Assembly (NCBI GenBank): GCA_002774425.1
Contig: PEYJ01000011.1
Span: 35,915 to 99,914, forward strand
Origin: Parcubacteria group bacterium CG08_land_8_20_14_0_20_48_21
Lineage (GTDB): Bacteria; Patescibacteriota; Patescibacteriia; UBA1544
Reading direction: 5' to 3'
DNA length: 64,000 bases
Below, one piece after another: positions 61,571 through 64,000 of this stretch (position 1 is its first letter; each line of letters begins with the position of its first letter). The notes under the pieces were generated by a model, which did not search any database, had not been told where the DNA came from, and saw only the letters and a list, made by a program, of their open reading frames with translations. The translations under genes were made by a program, and so were the position numbers.

Positions 61571-62935
61571 TTAGTTTCCTCGTATAATCCGCAAAACCTC
61601 GTCCCGCTTTTTCTTCATCAAGTCATGCGTATCGGCTTCAAGGTTCAAGCGCAACACCGGCTCGGTGTTGGAAGGTCGCACGTTGCACCACCAATCGCCA
61701 TACCGCAGGGTTAAGCCGTCCAACTCATACTGCTCGGCATCGGGGTAGGCTGTCTTGAGTGCCTGCAACACTGTCTGCACATCATACACTTCGGAATTTA
61801 TTTCCCCGGTATGAAAATACTTTTGCAGCGGTTGTACAAGCTCGGTGAATTTTTTTCCCGATTCGCTCAAGAGCCGCAACAGCAACAGCATGGTTCGATC
61901 GCCGTTTTCCACATACCCCTCGTCTTGATAATAAAAATGGGAGGAGAGCTCGCCTGCAAAGAGTGCGTTTTCCTTACGCATTTGCTTTTTGATAAATGCG
62001 TGCCCGACACGCGTTTCAACCGCTCGACCTCCACGCCCCTCAATCACCTCTTTCACGACACGACTTGAACGCAGATCGTACAGAATCGTTGCACCATGAC
62101 GCTCTTTCAAGAGTTCCCGTGCGAGAAGCGCGGTGATAATATCGCCACGTACCGTCACCCCCTCTTCCGTCACAAACCCCACACGATCGCAATCCCCGTC
62201 ATACGCCACACCAATATCCGATCCCGTTTCCACAACTCTGTCCTGGAGCGCCACCATATTCTCTTCTTTTAACGGATTCGCCTCGTGGTTGGGAAAGGTG
62301 AAATCCACATCAAAAAAAAGCTTGGTAACTTTAAGATCGGTGAGATACGGCAAGAGTTTTGGAACCACCTTCCCCGCCATGCCGTTACCCGCATCTATCA
62401 CCACTTTCAAGCGCCTGGCAAGCGCGTAGTCCTGAGCGACATGCTCCACGTACGCCCGCCATATATCTTCGCTGCGTACGACACCTTTTTCTTTGCTTTG
62501 CGTATATGCATCTTCCTCTACCCTGCGCTTGATTTCTTTAAGCCCCGTATCTTCGCCGATGGGTATAGCCTCTTCTCGCGTAAGCTTCAAGCCGTTGTAC
62601 TTTGCCGGATTGTGCGACGCGGTCACCATCATGCCACCCTGCACTTGAAAGTGCTTGACCGCAAAATAAAATACCGGTGTGGATACTTCGCCGATATCAA
62701 TCACCGCGACGCCGCTTTCCGACAATCCCCGTACAACTTCTTGCACAAGTGCGGGAGAGCTCGTTCGCGCATCCGACCCCATCACGACCGCCATCGCACG
62801 CGGATCCCTCCCCTGCGCCTCGGAGAGAAACGCGACATACGCACGGGCTATCGCACCTGCAACTTGTTCATTAATTGCTTCCGGATAGATACCGCGAACA
62901 TCATACGCCTTGAAGAGTGTGTTATGGACATGCAT
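61571..62935 (-). CDS. Phosphomannomutase/phosphoglucomutase
   Basis: FKAYDVRG, TASHNP, DGDCDR, GELSSH, RPSNTEP; ATG at 62935. Confidence 0.95.
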   Translation of the reverse strand: MHVHNTLFKAYDVRGIYPEAINEQVAGAIARAYVAFLSEAQGRDPRAMAVVMGSDARTSSPALVQEVVRGLSESGVAVIDIGEVSTPVFYFAVKHFQVQGGMMVTASHNPAKYNGLKLTREEAIPIGEDTGLKEIKRRVEEDAYTQSKEKGVVRSEDIWRAYVEHVAQDYALARRLKVVIDAGNGMAGKVVPKLLPYLTDLKVTKLFFDVDFTFPNHEANPLKEENMVALQDRVVETGSDIGVAYDGDCDRVGFVTEEGVTVRGDIITALLARELLKERHGATILYDLRSSRVVKEVIEGRGGRAVETRVGHAFIKKQMRKENALFAGELSSHFYYQDEGYVENGDRTMLLLLRLLSESGKKFTELVQPLQKYFHTGEINSEVYDVQTVLQALKTAYPDAEQYELDGLTLRYGDWWCNVRPSNTEPVLRLNLEADTHDLMKKKRDEVLRIIRGN

Positions 62936-62960
62936 AGTTGCAAAATAAAAGTAAGGAAGT

Positions 62961-64000
62961 TTATGTTTTGTGAGATGTATGGTGCGTAAATTTCCGAACA
63001 TACAACCAGAGGCTTCCCATACCCACAAAGACCGTGAGAAGCTTTAAAATCCAGCCGATTGTCGGCAGACCCATGAGCATGACGAGCACGAACGCACCTC
63101 CGGCAAACTGTACGTATGGCTTCGTCGGTATGTTGGGCAGAAGTTTTTTCCCGATAGCGTGCGCAACCACGATTTTGGCGAAATACATAGCCGCAACCCA
63201 TCCGGCGAGCATCAGCAATCCCAAAGGAATGCCGATAATGGTGAGTAACAGCGCAAGCGCAATAAGGGGCGACAATACCGTTACCGCAATTCCGTGCCAC
63301 AGCGCTTTATCCAACGTCTTATACAGTTGTTTTGCCGTACCCTCAAGAAACGGCTTGGCGATGTGCAAGCATACCATACCCACGACAAGCATCCCGAAGA
63401 GATACGCCAAGAGCAGCAGTAGATGCACAGCTACCGCAAAACCGCTGAAGGTATCTTCTTTGTCAGGCGTGCGCGTATGCTGCACCGTCCCTTCTATAAC
63501 CGACCCTTCCGCCAAGGTCAGTGCGGTATCAGGTGAGCTGTACCGCACATTACCCGTTATATGCGCCTGGGGCAAAAGCATAATGCCGCCCCCGTGTACA
63601 AGCGCCAGCGACATATTGCCGCCAACACTGCCTGCCACCGTTGTTTGCGTAACTGCGCCGGCAATATCACCGTGCACTACCCCCCGCACCTCAACAGATT
63701 GCGCGCCAATAAGCACATCCCAACCAACCTGTGTTGCGGCTCCCAAAAGTACGCTCTTGGCAACAACGCTCACGTTTTTTCCCACCGCGCCGTCTATTTC
63801 CAATATGTCGGCAATACCGCGCACATTGCCCGAAACGTCCCCTAAAATGCGTACGCGCGAGCCGAATACCAGCACATCCCCCGCCACAGGTCCGGAGATG
63901 GTAATCGTATTTCCCGCAACGATAACGTCTTTTGCCATCGTTCCTTCAATGATAAGGTCAGGCGCATAACGGATATAGTTGTGGGTAACCGTTTCCTCTT
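62961..64000 (-). CDS. Bactofilin-like beta-helix repeat membrane protein (5' end outside window)
   Basis: Repeated G-x-V-x-G-D/N units followed by several TM helices containing TIIGIPLG. Confidence 0.8.
   Translation of the reverse strand, partial: EETVTHNYIRYAPDLIIEGTMAKDVIVAGNTITISGPVAGDVLVFGSRVRILGDVSGNVRGIADILEIDGAVGKNVSVVAKSVLLGAATQVGWDVLIGAQSVEVRGVVHGDIAGAVTQTTVAGSVGGNMSLALVHGGGIMLLPQAHITGNVRYSSPDTALTLAEGSVIEGTVQHTRTPDKEDTFSGFAVAVHLLLLLAYLFGMLVVGMVCLHIAKPFLEGTAKQLYKTLDKALWHGIAVTVLSPLIALALLLTIIGIPLGLLMLAGWVAAMYFAKIVVAHAIGKKLLPNIPTKPYVQFAGGAFVLVMLMGLPTIGWILKLLTVFVGMGSLWLYVRKFTHHTSHKT

Overview
Gene-dense bacterial chromosome segment. The gene content and protein styles suggest a Patescibacteria/CPR (Parcubacteria/ABY1-like) genome; this is inferred from the short EF-Ts, tandem ThyX, UvrD-nuclease fusion, truncated RelA and mostly SD-less starts. 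It is mainly housekeeping: pgk-nnrE-gap, rpsB-tsf, rpmE-prfA-prmC-lnt, rplY, rodA, gyrB, secE-nusG-rplK-rplA, a dTTP cluster (thyX, dcd, dut fused to DUF925, tmk), gatB, miaA/miaB, thrS, dnaE, pheST, dciA, a helicase-nuclease, dprA-topA, rel, secG plus a peptide-binding protein, tRNA-Leu(CAG), rnj, trpS, gdh, murI, pmm and a bactofilin-like gene. Accessory elements are decayed IS30 and IS481-like elements, a type IV pilin, a CHAP-like hydrolase with PsbP-like neighbours, and several orphan ORFs. The most striking unexplained pattern is that five scattered orphan loci share one architecture: sigma70 promoter, boxA-like motif, AGGAGG, orphan ORF. Most core genes lack an SD. One of these loci also has a structured leader with a uORF and terminator. 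All family calls come from motif recognition by eye; no searches were run.
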